DNA of 64,000 nucleotides, taken from assembly GCA_018646625.1 (NCBI GenBank), contig JABGUJ010000002.1, positions 412,843 through 476,842 of the forward strand, read 5' to 3'. This document shows, in pieces, positions 45,754-56,063 of the stretch (within the stretch, counting starts at the first letter, position 1; the number at the start of each line of letters is the position of its first letter). The notes under the pieces are model-generated. The model had not been told where the DNA came from. It saw only the letters and a program-made list of their open reading frames with translations, and did not search any database. This DNA is from Candidatus Woesearchaeota archaeon (lineage in GTDB: Archaea > Nanobdellota > Nanobdellia > Woesearchaeales > JABGUJ01). The position numbers were made by a program, and so were the translations under genes.

Positions 45754-46872
45754 ATGAAACTTAAAATTTTAGCAATTCTTTTGATTCTGGTATTCTTAGT
45801 TGGGTGCGGTGGTCAAAAGATAAATTCAGAAGTTGTTAAAGCAGACCCAATAAAGATAGGCTGGGTTGGACCGTTGAGCGGAGATGTCGCAGCATACGGT
45901 GAACCAATGAGAGATGCAACAATGTTGGCAGTGGATGAAATTAATTCTGCTGGCGGTATAAATGGAAGAGCCTTAGAAATTATTTATGAAGATGGACATT
46001 GCAATCCTAAAGATGCAACAACTGCAGTACAAAAGTTAATCAATGTTGATAAAGTAGAAACAATGATGGTTTTCTGTAGTCCAGAGGTTATGGGTGCCGC
46101 ACCAATAGTTGAAGCAAATAAAGTTGTTTTGTTCTCATCGTTTGCAGGAAGTCCCGAGATAACTAAAGCAGGAGATTATGTTTTTAGAAATTTCCCATCA
46201 GATGCAAGCACTGGAAAGAAAATGGCAGAGTTGGCAGATTCTGAAAAGTTTGGCAAGGTTGCTTTGTTGGTTGAAGTAAACGATTATTCAATGGCTTTGA
46301 AAGAAGTGTTTAAGTCGAAGTATAATGGAGATGTTGTTGCAGAAGAAATGTTTAATGCAGAGGATAGTGACGTTAAAACTCAATTAACCAAAATAAAAGA
46401 GTCAGGAGCAGATGCAGTTTACGTGTTGCCGTTAACTCCAGGAAAACCTGCGTTAATACTTCAACAATTTAGAGAATTGGGAATAGAAATACCCATACTA
46501 GGTAATGAAGTGATTGTAACATCAGACATGTTAGATCAGAATCCCGAATTAGTTGAAGGAGTAATGTTCGCAGAGCCGGCTTTTGATGAGAAAAACCCTT
46601 TGTTTGTTGACTTTAAAGCAAAGTATAACGCATTGTTTGGGGAAATGACAGGATTACCACCATTTTATCATTCAGCAACATATGATGCGGTCTATGTGTT
46701 GGCAGAAGCTATGAAATTGCACGGTGATGATTCAGAAGCAATAAAGAACTATCTGTACACTATTCGTGATAGGCAAGGTGCTTCAGGTGTGTTGACAATG
46801 GATGTTAATGGAGACCCTCTGTTCGAGTACAATGTAAAAGTTGTTAAGAACGGAGAGATAGAAGTATACTAA
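45754..46872 (+). CDS. ABC-type branched-chain amino acid substrate-binding lipoprotein
   Basis: Lipobox LVGC; IKIGWVGPLSG and LAVDEIN.AGGINGR motifs. Confidence 0.9.
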   Translation: MKLKILAILLILVFLVGCGGQKINSEVVKADPIKIGWVGPLSGDVAAYGEPMRDATMLAVDEINSAGGINGRALEIIYEDGHCNPKDATTAVQKLINVDKVETMMVFCSPEVMGAAPIVEANKVVLFSSFAGSPEITKAGDYVFRNFPSDASTGKKMAELADSEKFGKVALLVEVNDYSMALKEVFKSKYNGDVVAEEMFNAEDSDVKTQLTKIKESGADAVYVLPLTPGKPALILQQFRELGIEIPILGNEVIVTSDMLDQNPELVEGVMFAEPAFDEKNPLFVDFKAKYNALFGEMTGLPPFYHSATYDAVYVLAEAMKLHGDDSEAIKNYLYTIRDRQGASGVLTMDVNGDPLFEYNVKVVKNGEIEVY

Positions 46873-46880
46873 TTCTTTTT

Positions 46881-47891
46881 TTATTTTCTTTTTTGATGAT
46901 GAGGGTAATGACTGTAGCTACGCTGGTAAGAGTAAGGATGAACTGGCCTTAAGTTTTGATGAGGATGTTGTCTTTGTTGGTAGTGTGGATGGGGTTGCGC
47001 TCTTCTTGGATAGTGTCCCAAGAAATAATCTAGTAACCAGTGTTCTACTACAGGACGCTTAGGCATTTTCTTGGAAACCTTGAATATTGACCAACCAACA
47101 AAAAATAACACTAAACAGACTATGAATGACACTCGAGATATGTACCAAGACATTACAAAATATTTTATTAAGCTTGCTCCGTATAGCGTATCTGCGATGA
47201 ACTGTAATCCAAGGATTCTTACAAGGAAATAGTAGGCAAAAGAGAATATCCCCAAAGCAAATAAAGCGTTTCCAACAAAATATAGAATTAAATGTCGCTT
47301 TGCGCCAAGAGTCTTTACAACATATTGTATTAGTAGACCGCATATAACTGCATAAATACCAATAATGAATAGAATCCCCATCGTCTGCCAAGTGAGCACG
47401 CCGATTTCTGTTAATGCAACCGCTTCAGCAGTAGCTGAGAATTGAGATTTTGTGATGATTGTTTGTAGAACAGAAGCATTGGCTAAAGTTAATATAATCA
47501 CAGACACTAAACCTACAACACCAGGAACCATCATTCCTTTTCCAAGTTCTCTCACGAATTCTTTGAAATGTTTTGTAGTTAGTACTGTAAGAACCAAACC
47601 AATTATGGCAACTACCGCGCCAATTAATATCGCAGTATTGGGATTGAAACTGTAAAGATAATTAAAAGGAAAACTTGAACCAATTGTATCAACCATTGCA
47701 GAAGATTCTGCACTAGCACCACCAATTCCGAGTTTGTTAAACATTAGTGCAAGAACTTCAAAGTAATTTGTCTTCATCTGGTAGTATTTTAACCCTAAAG
47801 AAACAGTTAATAACGTTAAACCAGCCTCAAATAGTTCAGCGACAATTTCTCCAGCGAGAAACCATTTGAATTTGCCTTTCTTGCCCCACAT
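46881..47891 (-). CDS. Multi-pass membrane protein with His/Pro/Gln/Tyr-rich tail
   Basis: Several TM segments and a low-complexity C-terminus; probable start at ATG 47891. Confidence 0.65.
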   Translation of the reverse strand: MWGKKGKFKWFLAGEIVAELFEAGLTLLTVSLGLKYYQMKTNYFEVLALMFNKLGIGGASAESSAMVDTIGSSFPFNYLYSFNPNTAILIGAVVAIIGLVLTVLTTKHFKEFVRELGKGMMVPGVVGLVSVIILTLANASVLQTIITKSQFSATAEAVALTEIGVLTWQTMGILFIIGIYAVICGLLIQYVVKTLGAKRHLILYFVGNALFALGIFSFAYYFLVRILGLQFIADTLYGASLIKYFVMSWYISRVSFIVCLVLFFVGWSIFKVSKKMPKRPVVEHWLLDYFLGHYPRRAQPHPHYQQRQHPHQNLRPVHPYSYQRSYSHYPHHQKRK

Positions 47892-47987
47892 AACGGATTT
47901 TTTGTTTTGTTTATTTATAAAGTTTGTTCTGAGCGTTGACATATTTGTGTCAGAATGTATTTAAATCTCCACTACCGGTATTTTGTT

Positions 47988-48695
47988 ATGGCGAGGAACG
48001 GGTTGGAAAGATTAACACTAGATCTAGATGGAGTTGTCAATAAAGATAAATGGGCTCAAAGAGTCGCAGCAGAGTTGAATGCAAATGGAACTATGCCTAG
48101 CCTTATGATGATGGGCCCAGATAATCAGAGATGGGCTGCAAGGGCGTTGGCAGAAACTGGAGACCACATGGCTAATTCTTTAGACTTTGATGTTGTTGTA
48201 GGATTAGCAGAAGAAACATTACAAGATGAAGTATTTTTACAAGATGCAGATCTTGAAAGAATAATGGGATTAGTGGCAATGATTGCATTGCATAGGCAGA
48301 AGGTTGATGTTTCTCAACATTATGATGTTTCTCAGTTAATGGGTAATTTGTTGGCGATGTATTCTCGATTTGAGAATCTCAGACATGCAGATAGAGGATA
48401 TAGAGTTACAGATGTTATCCTGGCAGTAGATGAAGGAAGAATGGACTGGCACGATACAAAGTACTTTACTGATGAATTGTTTATAGTAAGAGGAAGATAT
48501 CCTGGATTAGTTAGAGGTTCTCCCACCTTTGCAGATGACTGGATCAGATCATTCTATGGTAAGGCAAGCAAGTCTCCAGTTTATGTTAAGATCGCAGATG
48601 GATTAGACAAATGTTTTGCAGCAATGCAATATATGACAGAGAGAATGACTGATATATTTAGAGTTAGACCTGACGCGAGTTTATTATTTTCGTGA
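47988..48695 (+). CDS. Hypothetical protein
   Basis: Long ORF with an upstream TATA box. Confidence 0.55.
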   Translation: MARNGLERLTLDLDGVVNKDKWAQRVAAELNANGTMPSLMMMGPDNQRWAARALAETGDHMANSLDFDVVVGLAEETLQDEVFLQDADLERIMGLVAMIALHRQKVDVSQHYDVSQLMGNLLAMYSRFENLRHADRGYRVTDVILAVDEGRMDWHDTKYFTDELFIVRGRYPGLVRGSPTFADDWIRSFYGKASKSPVYVKIADGLDKCFAAMQYMTERMTDIFRVRPDASLLFS

Positions 48696-48759
48696 TTTCT
48701 CACTGGTCACTGGACATGCCAGCATAATTCTTTTTAAGAAGAAGGTTCTTGTTTCATTT

Positions 48760-49497
48760 ATGATAAGAAAAAGTTTTGTATTTCTCGACGGCATTTCTCC
48801 AAAATTCGAGCGGAGAATATGGGATCAAGGAATAAATTGTTGGAGCGACTTTGTTGAAAAAGATTCAATTAAAGGAATCTCAAAAAAGCGAAAGCTGAAG
48901 TATCACAAACAAATAGAATATGTAAAAAAGCAACTTCTTAGCGATAACATAGAATACTTGAGCAACTGTTTACCTAATCGAGAAAGATGGAGACTATATG
49001 AATATTACAAAGACGAGTGTGTTTATTTGGATATAGAGATTAATCGTATGAATAATGATATTACTGCTGTGTGTTTATATGATGGATATGAAACTATGAT
49101 GTTTGTTAGAGGAATAAACTTAAACATACGAGATGTTAAAGAGGTCTTATCAAGGTACAAAATGATTGTGACATACAATGGCGCGTCTTTTGATTTGCCT
49201 CAACTTAGAAAATACTTTAATCTAGATTTTCCCCAGATACATGTAGATCTGAAGCCGTTATGTGCAAGAATTGGGTTAAGAGGAGGATTAAAAGAGGTTG
49301 AAAAACTATTAGGTATTGAAAGGATCACAGATTATGAGATAAGATCGGGAGATCCTTGCAAGCTATATCGTCTGTGGAAGGTTACAAACGATAGACATTT
49401 CTTAGATTTACTAATGCAATATAATGAAGAAGACACTGTTAATCTTAAACCAATAGCAGAACACGTTATGAAAAAGTTATCAGATCTCGCCAGCTAA
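48760..49497 (+). CDS. RNase H-like (YprB-type) exonuclease
   Basis: YLDIE, TYNGASFDLP, GGLKEVEK and YNEED motifs. Confidence 0.85.
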   Translation: MIRKSFVFLDGISPKFERRIWDQGINCWSDFVEKDSIKGISKKRKLKYHKQIEYVKKQLLSDNIEYLSNCLPNRERWRLYEYYKDECVYLDIEINRMNNDITAVCLYDGYETMMFVRGINLNIRDVKEVLSRYKMIVTYNGASFDLPQLRKYFNLDFPQIHVDLKPLCARIGLRGGLKEVEKLLGIERITDYEIRSGDPCKLYRLWKVTNDRHFLDLLMQYNEEDTVNLKPIAEHVMKKLSDLAS

Positions 49498-50187
49498 CTT
49501 TTTAGCTTTATCTTTTTTTACAGCAATCAAAAATAGCTGAAACAATACTAAAGTAGCCGCCATAGTCATAGGAACTAGTTGATGAGACATTTTGTGAAGC
49601 TTTTCCTTCTTTTCTCGTTTTACTAAACCCATTACTTTCAAAATAGGGGTATGAAATTTGTGCCCTTCGCAATATTTTAGTTTGAAGCTGAACTTTGCAA
49701 CTTCATCTACAATCTTGGCAAGAGTTTTTCTTCGCATACTCTTTACATTCTGTCGCACAGTACCCGTCTTAAACTTAAGTTTCTGTATATTGTTTTCTAA
49801 GAAGTGTTCATAATCATCATAGCCAACATAATGAGGGAGATTTTGTGTATGAGCAGGTGTTGCAACATCGCCAAGCATGTGTGAGCATCTTCCTAAATAT
49901 TCGAAAGCTTTAGAATGATTCTTTTGTTTATAATGTTCAACCGCTTTATGGAAGTATTCTCCGGCTTTTTCTTTAGCATTCTTGAAGAAAGCAAATCCTT
50001 TCTTTGTTTCAGGATTGTAAGCGTGATTTACTCCGGTTATTCCAAGATCTAGAGAGCCAATCATAAGTTGAGGCCAATCTTCATCAACACAACCTTTTTC
50101 TAACTCATTAGCGTACTTTCTAAACAAAGGATGTTTGAACTTTTTTACCGCTCTTCGGATAATTAGTCTGTGTGATTCGAATAACAT
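49480..50187 (-). CDS. Zinc-dependent phospholipase C / S1-P1-like protein
   Basis: N-terminal H, DED, NHAY, LGRCSHMLGDVATPAH and YE motifs. Confidence 0.7.
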   Translation of the reverse strand: MLFESHRLIIRRAVKKFKHPLFRKYANELEKGCVDEDWPQLMIGSLDLGITGVNHAYNPETKKGFAFFKNAKEKAGEYFHKAVEHYKQKNHSKAFEYLGRCSHMLGDVATPAHTQNLPHYVGYDDYEHFLENNIQKLKFKTGTVRQNVKSMRRKTLAKIVDEVAKFSFKLKYCEGHKFHTPILKVMGLVKREKKEKLHKMSHQLVPMTMAATLVLFQLFLIAVKKDKAKKLAGEI

Positions 50188-50242
50188 ATTATAGTAAGAA
50201 GCTAGGATTAATTATCATATTTAAATATAACTTTCAGTATGT

Positions 50243-50869
50243 TTAAAACTCAGAAAGGCTCTTTTGCTTGGCTAGAGGCGTTCCTGTGTACTTTTCCACT
50301 GTTTTCTTAACCGTAATCAGGTCTTCATCCATCTGACTTTGGAGAGAGCGATTGTAGATTAGTGCCGCAGGATGATAGAGAGGAATAACTTTGTATTCAG
50401 TCTGATTAATTACAACAGTAACCACTTTTCCATGTAATGCAGATATCCCTCCAATGGATTTCATGTGGTCAGGGTCGCATTTTGAAAGAATAAATTTAGT
50501 AGAATAGTTACCTAAAGTGCAAATTACTCTTGGTTTGATGTGTTCTATCTGTTTAATCAACCAAGGAGTGCAGATTTTTATTTCGTCAGGCTTAGGATCA
50601 CGGTTTTCAGGTGGACGACATTTTAGAATGTTGGCAATGTAAACATCTTCAGAGCTTAAGCCAATAACAGATAAGAACTTATCAAGATTTTTGCCTGCAG
50701 CACCAACAAAAGGTAAGCCTTGTTCATCCTCGTTTCTACCAGGAGCTTCACCGATTAAAAGAATTTCCGCATCTTCTCGACCTTTACCAATAACAACATT
50801 CGTTCTAGTTTTAGATAGTTCACAATTGGTGCAAGTTTTTGCTTCCTCAATCATTGTACTAATACTCAA
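50243..50869 (-). CDS. udg: Uracil-DNA glycosylase family 4
   Basis: CTNC.L, IGEAPG, KCRPPENR and YHPAA motifs. Confidence 0.92.
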   Translation of the reverse strand: MSISTMIEEAKTCTNCELSKTRTNVVIGKGREDAEILLIGEAPGRNEDEQGLPFVGAAGKNLDKFLSVIGLSSEDVYIANILKCRPPENRDPKPDEIKICTPWLIKQIEHIKPRVICTLGNYSTKFILSKCDPDHMKSIGGISALHGKVVTVVINQTEYKVIPLYHPAALIYNRSLQSQMDEDLITVKKTVEKYTGTPLAKQKSLSEF

Positions 50870-51491
50870 TTCCTCTTCTTGCCAAGATGCCTTTTGTATT
50901 GTAATAGTGTTTAACTTCTTTAACGTAAGATACTAAGTCGGCAGATTCCTTGATTAATTCTGGCGCGTTTCGTCCAGTAAGAATTAATTCACAATTAGGA
51001 TGTTTTTCTTTCATCAAAGAAACAACTTTCTCAGGAGAGATTAACCCGGAGGCAGCAACGCAATTTATTTCATCCATGATTAGAATATCCCAGTCCCCTG
51101 ATTTGGCAATTTCTCTTGCGTGATCAAATGATCGTTCTATATTCTTCTCTTCGCTGTCGTCGACCGTAAAGCAATATCTGCAACTACCGCATTTTTCCTC
51201 ATCCCGCACAGTGATAAACTCGGGATCGGTTTTAGAAAGAGTATCAATCTTTAGTTGCTTGTGACTTTTTAAACAGCCTTTACCACATTGAATAAACATG
51301 ATTTTTTCAGAAGGTAAGTATTCGCAAGCAGTCACAAACTCTCCAGTGTATGAACCGCCTTTCAAAAACTGAACAATGTAAACTTTGAAGCCTTGACCAA
51401 TGGCCCGCATAGCGAGACCCATAGACGCAGTAGTTTTACCTTTACCTTCGCCTGTGTAAACTTGCACAAGTCCTAAGCTTGGATGAGCCAT
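50859..51491 (-). CDS. cobO: Cob(I)alamin adenosyltransferase (CobO/BtuR type)
   Basis: VYTGEGKGKTTA, VQFLKG, DEIN, LTGR.AP and ARRGIEY motifs. Confidence 0.92.
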   Translation of the reverse strand: MAHPSLGLVQVYTGEGKGKTTASMGLAMRAIGQGFKVYIVQFLKGGSYTGEFVTACEYLPSEKIMFIQCGKGCLKSHKQLKIDTLSKTDPEFITVRDEEKCGSCRYCFTVDDSEEKNIERSFDHAREIAKSGDWDILIMDEINCVAASGLISPEKVVSLMKEKHPNCELILTGRNAPELIKESADLVSYVKEVKHYYNTKGILARRGIEY

Positions 51492-51508
51492 TATCAATCA
51501 CTTCAAAT

Positions 51509-53773
51509 TCAGCTACAAAACGAGTAGCCACACGCTGGACAAGATGCACAACCCTCACTTTGGTTCATCCTGCCCCCACATTCAGGGCAAGCGGATTTAT
51601 CGCTCTTCTTTGCGAGAGTTATTACTTTCTTTGGTTCTTCCTTCTTTGCCACAGTCTTCTTCGTTACTGTTTTCTTCGCATCAGGAACCTTCTTATCTTC
51701 TTTCTTAACGTGTTCTATGTTGAGAACTTGATTGTCCCTGCTTCCATCACGGTAAATAGTTACACCCTTACATCCTAGTTTGTAAGCCAGCATGTATACT
51801 TCTTCAACTTCTTTAACAGTTGCAGAGTTAGGAAAATTTACTGTTTTGGATACAGCATTATCACAATGTTTCTGGAATGCAGCTTGCATTCGGATATGCC
51901 ATTCAGGAGCTATGTCGTGTGCAACAACAAAACTAGATCGGATCTCTTCAGGAAGTTCTTCAATGTTTTGTATTGTGTCTTTATTTGCAATCTTCCTCAT
52001 CAAGTCTTCACTGTATACGCCCTTTTCTTTTGTTGCTCTTTCAAAGAATTTGTTAACGTATAGAAGTTCTTGAGCATCCATAACCCTTTTCATGAAACAG
52101 ATAGAAAAGTTAGGTTCGACGCCACCAGATGCTTCTCCGATCATACTTAATGTTCCGGTTGGAGCAATAGTTGTTCGAGTTGCATTTCTGATCTTAGGTT
52201 CTCCTTTCTCAGCAAAAATACTTTTCCTGAAGTTAGGGAATGCGCCTCTTTTCTTAGCAAGTTCCTGAGACATTTTTTTAGCCTCATCGTTAATGAACTT
52301 CATTACCTTCTCACCCATTTTAACTCCAGCTTCAGAGTTATAAGGAAGGCCTAACTGAACAAGCATGTCTGCCCAGCCCATCACACCTAGTCCAACTTTA
52401 CGGTTAGCTTTAACCATTTCGTCAATCTGAGGTAAAGGATATTTGTTCATATCAATAACATTATCTAAGAAATGAATTGCGCTTCGAGTTATTTCTCTTA
52501 AATGATCCCAATTAACCTTGCCGCTTTTTACAAATTTACCCAAGTTAATAGATCCCAAGTTACATGCTTCGAACGGAAGTAATGGTTGTTCTCCGCAAGG
52601 ATTGGTACTTTCAATCTCACCAACTTTAGGCGTTGGATTGTCCTTGTTGATTCGGTCTAGGAAAAGCATTCCTGGTTCTCCGTTGTTCCAAGCCATGGTA
52701 ACAACCAAATCAAACACTTGACGTGCGTTAAGTGTTCTTACAACTTTTTTATTCTTAGGCATTATAAGATCATAGTCTTTGTTGGCAATTACTGCCTTCA
52801 TAAACTTCTCAGTTAATCCTACAGAAATGTTAAAATTGTTTAGTTGATCATTTTTCTCTTTACAAGAGATAAACTCAAGAATATCAGGATGATCTACCCG
52901 TAGTACACCCATATTGGCGCCACGACGTTTACCACCTTGCTTCACAACATTAGTAGCTGCGTCAAAGACCTTCATGAAAGATATAGGACCAGATGCAACA
53001 CCTTTAGTTGACATGACTAGATCATTTTTCGGACGAAGTCTTGAGAATGAGAATCCTGTTCCGCCACCACTTTTGTGAATTAAAGCAGTATACTTAATGG
53101 AATCAAAGATTTCTTCCATAGAATCTCCAACAGGCAGTACAAAACATGCGGATAATTGCTGAATAGCGGTACCGGCGTTCATCAAAGTTGGACTATTAGG
53201 CAAAAACTCTAATTTGCTCATCATAGTGTAGAATTCTTCAGAAACTTCTCCAACATCTTTAGTTTTTTCACCATAAAAGGCATCAGCAAGAGCTATGTTT
53301 TCTGAGATTCTTCTAAATAGTTCTTCAGGGGTTTCTTTTAACTTACCTGTTTTATCTTTGAGCAAGTATCTTTCCTTAAGAACTCTAAGAGCGTTCTCGC
53401 TAAGATCAGTATCAATAAATTCACCAAGAATTGCAGATTTTCGTTCTCTTAATTCTCTGTGTTTCTGACGATAGATTATGAATGCTTTAGCAGTTTTAAC
53501 GTGGTTCTCTTCTATTAAAACCTTTTCCACTAAATCAGATATCTGTTCCACAGAAGGAATAGATTTGTGATGAAATGTTGAGTTCATCGACTCAATTACA
53601 CTTTCGGCAATTATTTCTGCCTTCTTTCGATCGTTCCCACCAACGGATTGAGCAGCATGAAATATTGCTTCCACTACTTTTTCACTGTCAAAAGGGACGA
53701 TAGATCCATCTCTCTTTCTCACTTGAGAAATACATTTCTTTTTAGTTTCTTTGTTGTCCTTAGCGATTTCCAA
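51509..53773 (-). CDS. nrdJ: Class II (AdoCbl-dependent) ribonucleotide reductase with ATP cone
   Basis: ATP cone KRDG, SPTLMNAG, SACF, TNPCGEQPL, TIAPTG and C-terminal Cys cluster; start uncertain (TTG 53773 or ATC 53767 after a GAGGTG RBS). Confidence 0.93.
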   Translation of the reverse strand: MEIAKDNKETKKKCISQVRKRDGSIVPFDSEKVVEAIFHAAQSVGGNDRKKAEIIAESVIESMNSTFHHKSIPSVEQISDLVEKVLIEENHVKTAKAFIIYRQKHRELRERKSAILGEFIDTDLSENALRVLKERYLLKDKTGKLKETPEELFRRISENIALADAFYGEKTKDVGEVSEEFYTMMSKLEFLPNSPTLMNAGTAIQQLSACFVLPVGDSMEEIFDSIKYTALIHKSGGGTGFSFSRLRPKNDLVMSTKGVASGPISFMKVFDAATNVVKQGGKRRGANMGVLRVDHPDILEFISCKEKNDQLNNFNISVGLTEKFMKAVIANKDYDLIMPKNKKVVRTLNARQVFDLVVTMAWNNGEPGMLFLDRINKDNPTPKVGEIESTNPCGEQPLLPFEACNLGSINLGKFVKSGKVNWDHLREITRSAIHFLDNVIDMNKYPLPQIDEMVKANRKVGLGVMGWADMLVQLGLPYNSEAGVKMGEKVMKFINDEAKKMSQELAKKRGAFPNFRKSIFAEKGEPKIRNATRTTIAPTGTLSMIGEASGGVEPNFSICFMKRVMDAQELLYVNKFFERATKEKGVYSEDLMRKIANKDTIQNIEELPEEIRSSFVVAHDIAPEWHIRMQAAFQKHCDNAVSKTVNFPNSATVKEVEEVYMLAYKLGCKGVTIYRDGSRDNQVLNIEHVKKEDKKVPDAKKTVTKKTVAKKEEPKKVITLAKKSDKSACPECGGRMNQSEGCASCPACGYSFCS

Positions 53774-53796
53774 CCACCTCTCTGAGCTCACTAAAT

Positions 53797-53812
53797 ACAC
53801 AATATATTGTGT
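53797..53812. promoter_or_regulatory. NrdR-box-like perfect palindrome upstream of nrdJ
   Basis: ACACAATATATTGTGT. Confidence 0.7.
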
Positions 53813-53950
53813 GTCGGCGAGAATATCTATACAACATACGCCATTTTATAGCAAGGCCAGCTCCTATTTAAAGATTACTAAATTCAATAATATATGTTAA
53901 ACCGCATAATCATTTATATCAGACACAATTACTAAGTAACAAAATAGAAA

Positions 53951-54874
53951 TCAAAGTTGACAACGTTTTTTGTAAAGATCCCATTTGAGATCTACATGCG
54001 CTTGCAACTCATCCAAAATGTGTTTATTTTCTGGTTTGAATATGTGTTTGAATCTTTTTTGATGCTTGATCCATTCAGTGATCGGTTTCTTGTTGTCTCC
54101 AGGATCAAAGTTTAGCTTCCATTTGCCTCGTTCAATCTCAACCAAAGGCCAAAAACAAGTTTCAACAGCCAACTTGGCCATCTTTATTGTCAGATGAGGA
54201 GGGTACTTCCACCCAGGGACACATGGACTTATTACATTTATGTAAGCAGGTCCTTTTGTTTCAAAAGCCTTCTTCGCTTTGTTGAAAAGATCCATATAAT
54301 TGTGAGGAGATGCTTGAGCTGCATAAGGAATATCATGAGCAGCAACAACTTGTAAGATGTCTTTCTTGAATTCTTCTTTACCTCTGTGTGCATCTCCAAC
54401 TTGACTAGTGTTAGTCCAAGCACCATGAGGAGTTGCAGAACTTCTTTGAATTCCTGTGTTCATATAGGCTTCATTATCTAGGCAAACGTAAACTACATCA
54501 TGACCACGCTCTAGTGTGCCAGAGAGAGATTGCAGACCTATATCATAAGTACCACCATCACCGCCGAATGCTAAGAATTTTATTTCTTTGTTAACTTTCC
54601 CTCTCCGTTTTAGTGCCAAATATGCACTTTCCACGCCAGATAGAGTAGCAGCAGCATTTTCAAACGCATTGTGAATGTAAGGTACTTTCCAGGCTGTTTG
54701 AGGAAATTCAGTTGATGAAACTTCAAGACAGCTAGTTGCACAAGAAACAACAATAGGGTTGTTGGTTGCTTTTGTAACTGCTCTAACAATAATGGATTCA
54801 GCACACCCAGGACAAAGTTTATGGCCTGATGTTAATCTTTCCTCTCCTTTTGATAGATCTTTTAAGGATGGCAT
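53951..54874 (-). CDS. porB: Pyruvate:ferredoxin oxidoreductase beta subunit
   Basis: GHKLCPGC, GGDGGTYDIG and DNEAYMNTG.QRS motifs. Confidence 0.93.
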   Translation of the reverse strand: MPSLKDLSKGEERLTSGHKLCPGCAESIIVRAVTKATNNPIVVSCATSCLEVSSTEFPQTAWKVPYIHNAFENAAATLSGVESAYLALKRRGKVNKEIKFLAFGGDGGTYDIGLQSLSGTLERGHDVVYVCLDNEAYMNTGIQRSSATPHGAWTNTSQVGDAHRGKEEFKKDILQVVAAHDIPYAAQASPHNYMDLFNKAKKAFETKGPAYINVISPCVPGWKYPPHLTIKMAKLAVETCFWPLVEIERGKWKLNFDPGDNKKPITEWIKHQKRFKHIFKPENKHILDELQAHVDLKWDLYKKRCQL

Positions 54875-54875
54875 T

Positions 54876-56063
54876 TTATTGTCTCACCCCCAAGCAACGA
54901 ACTTGAATCCCAAGTTCCCCGGTTTCAGAGATTTCTTTAATCTCATTAAATACTTTATGAACTAATTCCAGGTCAAGTTCTCTCCCACCAAGACCATAAA
55001 TATAATTAATAATATTAGGTTTAGCATCAGATTCATGAAATGAACTTCTTATTTCTGTGAAAACAGGACCACCGAAGCCACCAAAGCTAGCACTTCTGTC
55101 AAGCACAGCAATTGTTTTGGCATGCTTTAATTTTTCTACAATTAGTTTAAAATTAAATGGTCTAAATACCCTTACTTTCAATAAACCCACTTTTTTACCT
55201 TTGGCTCTTAGCTCATCAATAACATCCTTAGTTGTACCGCAACTAGAATTTAATGCAACAATTACTTCTTCAGCATCTTCCAATTGGTAGCCTTCAAAGA
55301 AATCATATTCCTTGCCAACTAATTTACCAAATTCAGAGAATACATCAGTTATCACATCAAAGGATTTTTCCATTGCATCGAGTTGTTGACGCTTATGTTC
55401 AAAATAATAATTGTACATATCAAAAGGACCCACAGTAACAGGATTATCAGTATCAAGTAAAGAATATTTTGGAGAGTATTCACCTATGAACTTCTTAACA
55501 TCATTATCATCAAAGATTTCTGTGTTTTGCATAGAATGACTAGTGATAAACCCATCTTGGCAAACCATAACAGGAAGATGTACATCAGGATGTTCAGCAA
55601 TCCTAACAGCCATTAGCGTGTTTTCATAAGCTTCTTGACTAGTCTCAGAGTATAGTTGTAACCAACCAGTATCTCTACAAGCCATGCTATCAGAATGATC
55701 ACAGTGAATATTAATTGGAGCACTAAGTGCTCTATTAGCAACGTTCATAACAATAGGTAATCTGCAAGATGCAGCAATGTAAACAATCTCAAACATCAAT
55801 GCTAAACCGTTAGCAGCAGTGGCAGTCATCGCTCTTGCGCCAGCGGCAGCCGCACCAACAACAGCAGACATTGCGCTATGTTCTGATTCAACAGTTATTA
55901 GTTCAGTGTCTACCTTGCCTTGTGCATAATATTTACAAAACCCATGCATAATAGGAGTTTGAGGAGTAATTGGATAGGCAGCAACAACGTCAGGATTAAT
56001 CTGTCTCATGGCTTCAGCCACAGCATCAGCACCAGTCATTGCCAGCATAGTTTTCTTAATCAT
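54876..56063 (-). CDS. porA: Pyruvate:ferredoxin oxidoreductase alpha subunit
   Basis: AYPITPQT, VESEHSA and NRALSAP motifs. Confidence 0.93.
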   Translation of the reverse strand: MIKKTMLAMTGADAVAEAMRQINPDVVAAYPITPQTPIMHGFCKYYAQGKVDTELITVESEHSAMSAVVGAAAAGARAMTATAANGLALMFEIVYIAASCRLPIVMNVANRALSAPINIHCDHSDSMACRDTGWLQLYSETSQEAYENTLMAVRIAEHPDVHLPVMVCQDGFITSHSMQNTEIFDDNDVKKFIGEYSPKYSLLDTDNPVTVGPFDMYNYYFEHKRQQLDAMEKSFDVITDVFSEFGKLVGKEYDFFEGYQLEDAEEVIVALNSSCGTTKDVIDELRAKGKKVGLLKVRVFRPFNFKLIVEKLKHAKTIAVLDRSASFGGFGGPVFTEIRSSFHESDAKPNIINYIYGLGGRELDLELVHKVFNEIKEISETGELGIQVRCLGVRQ

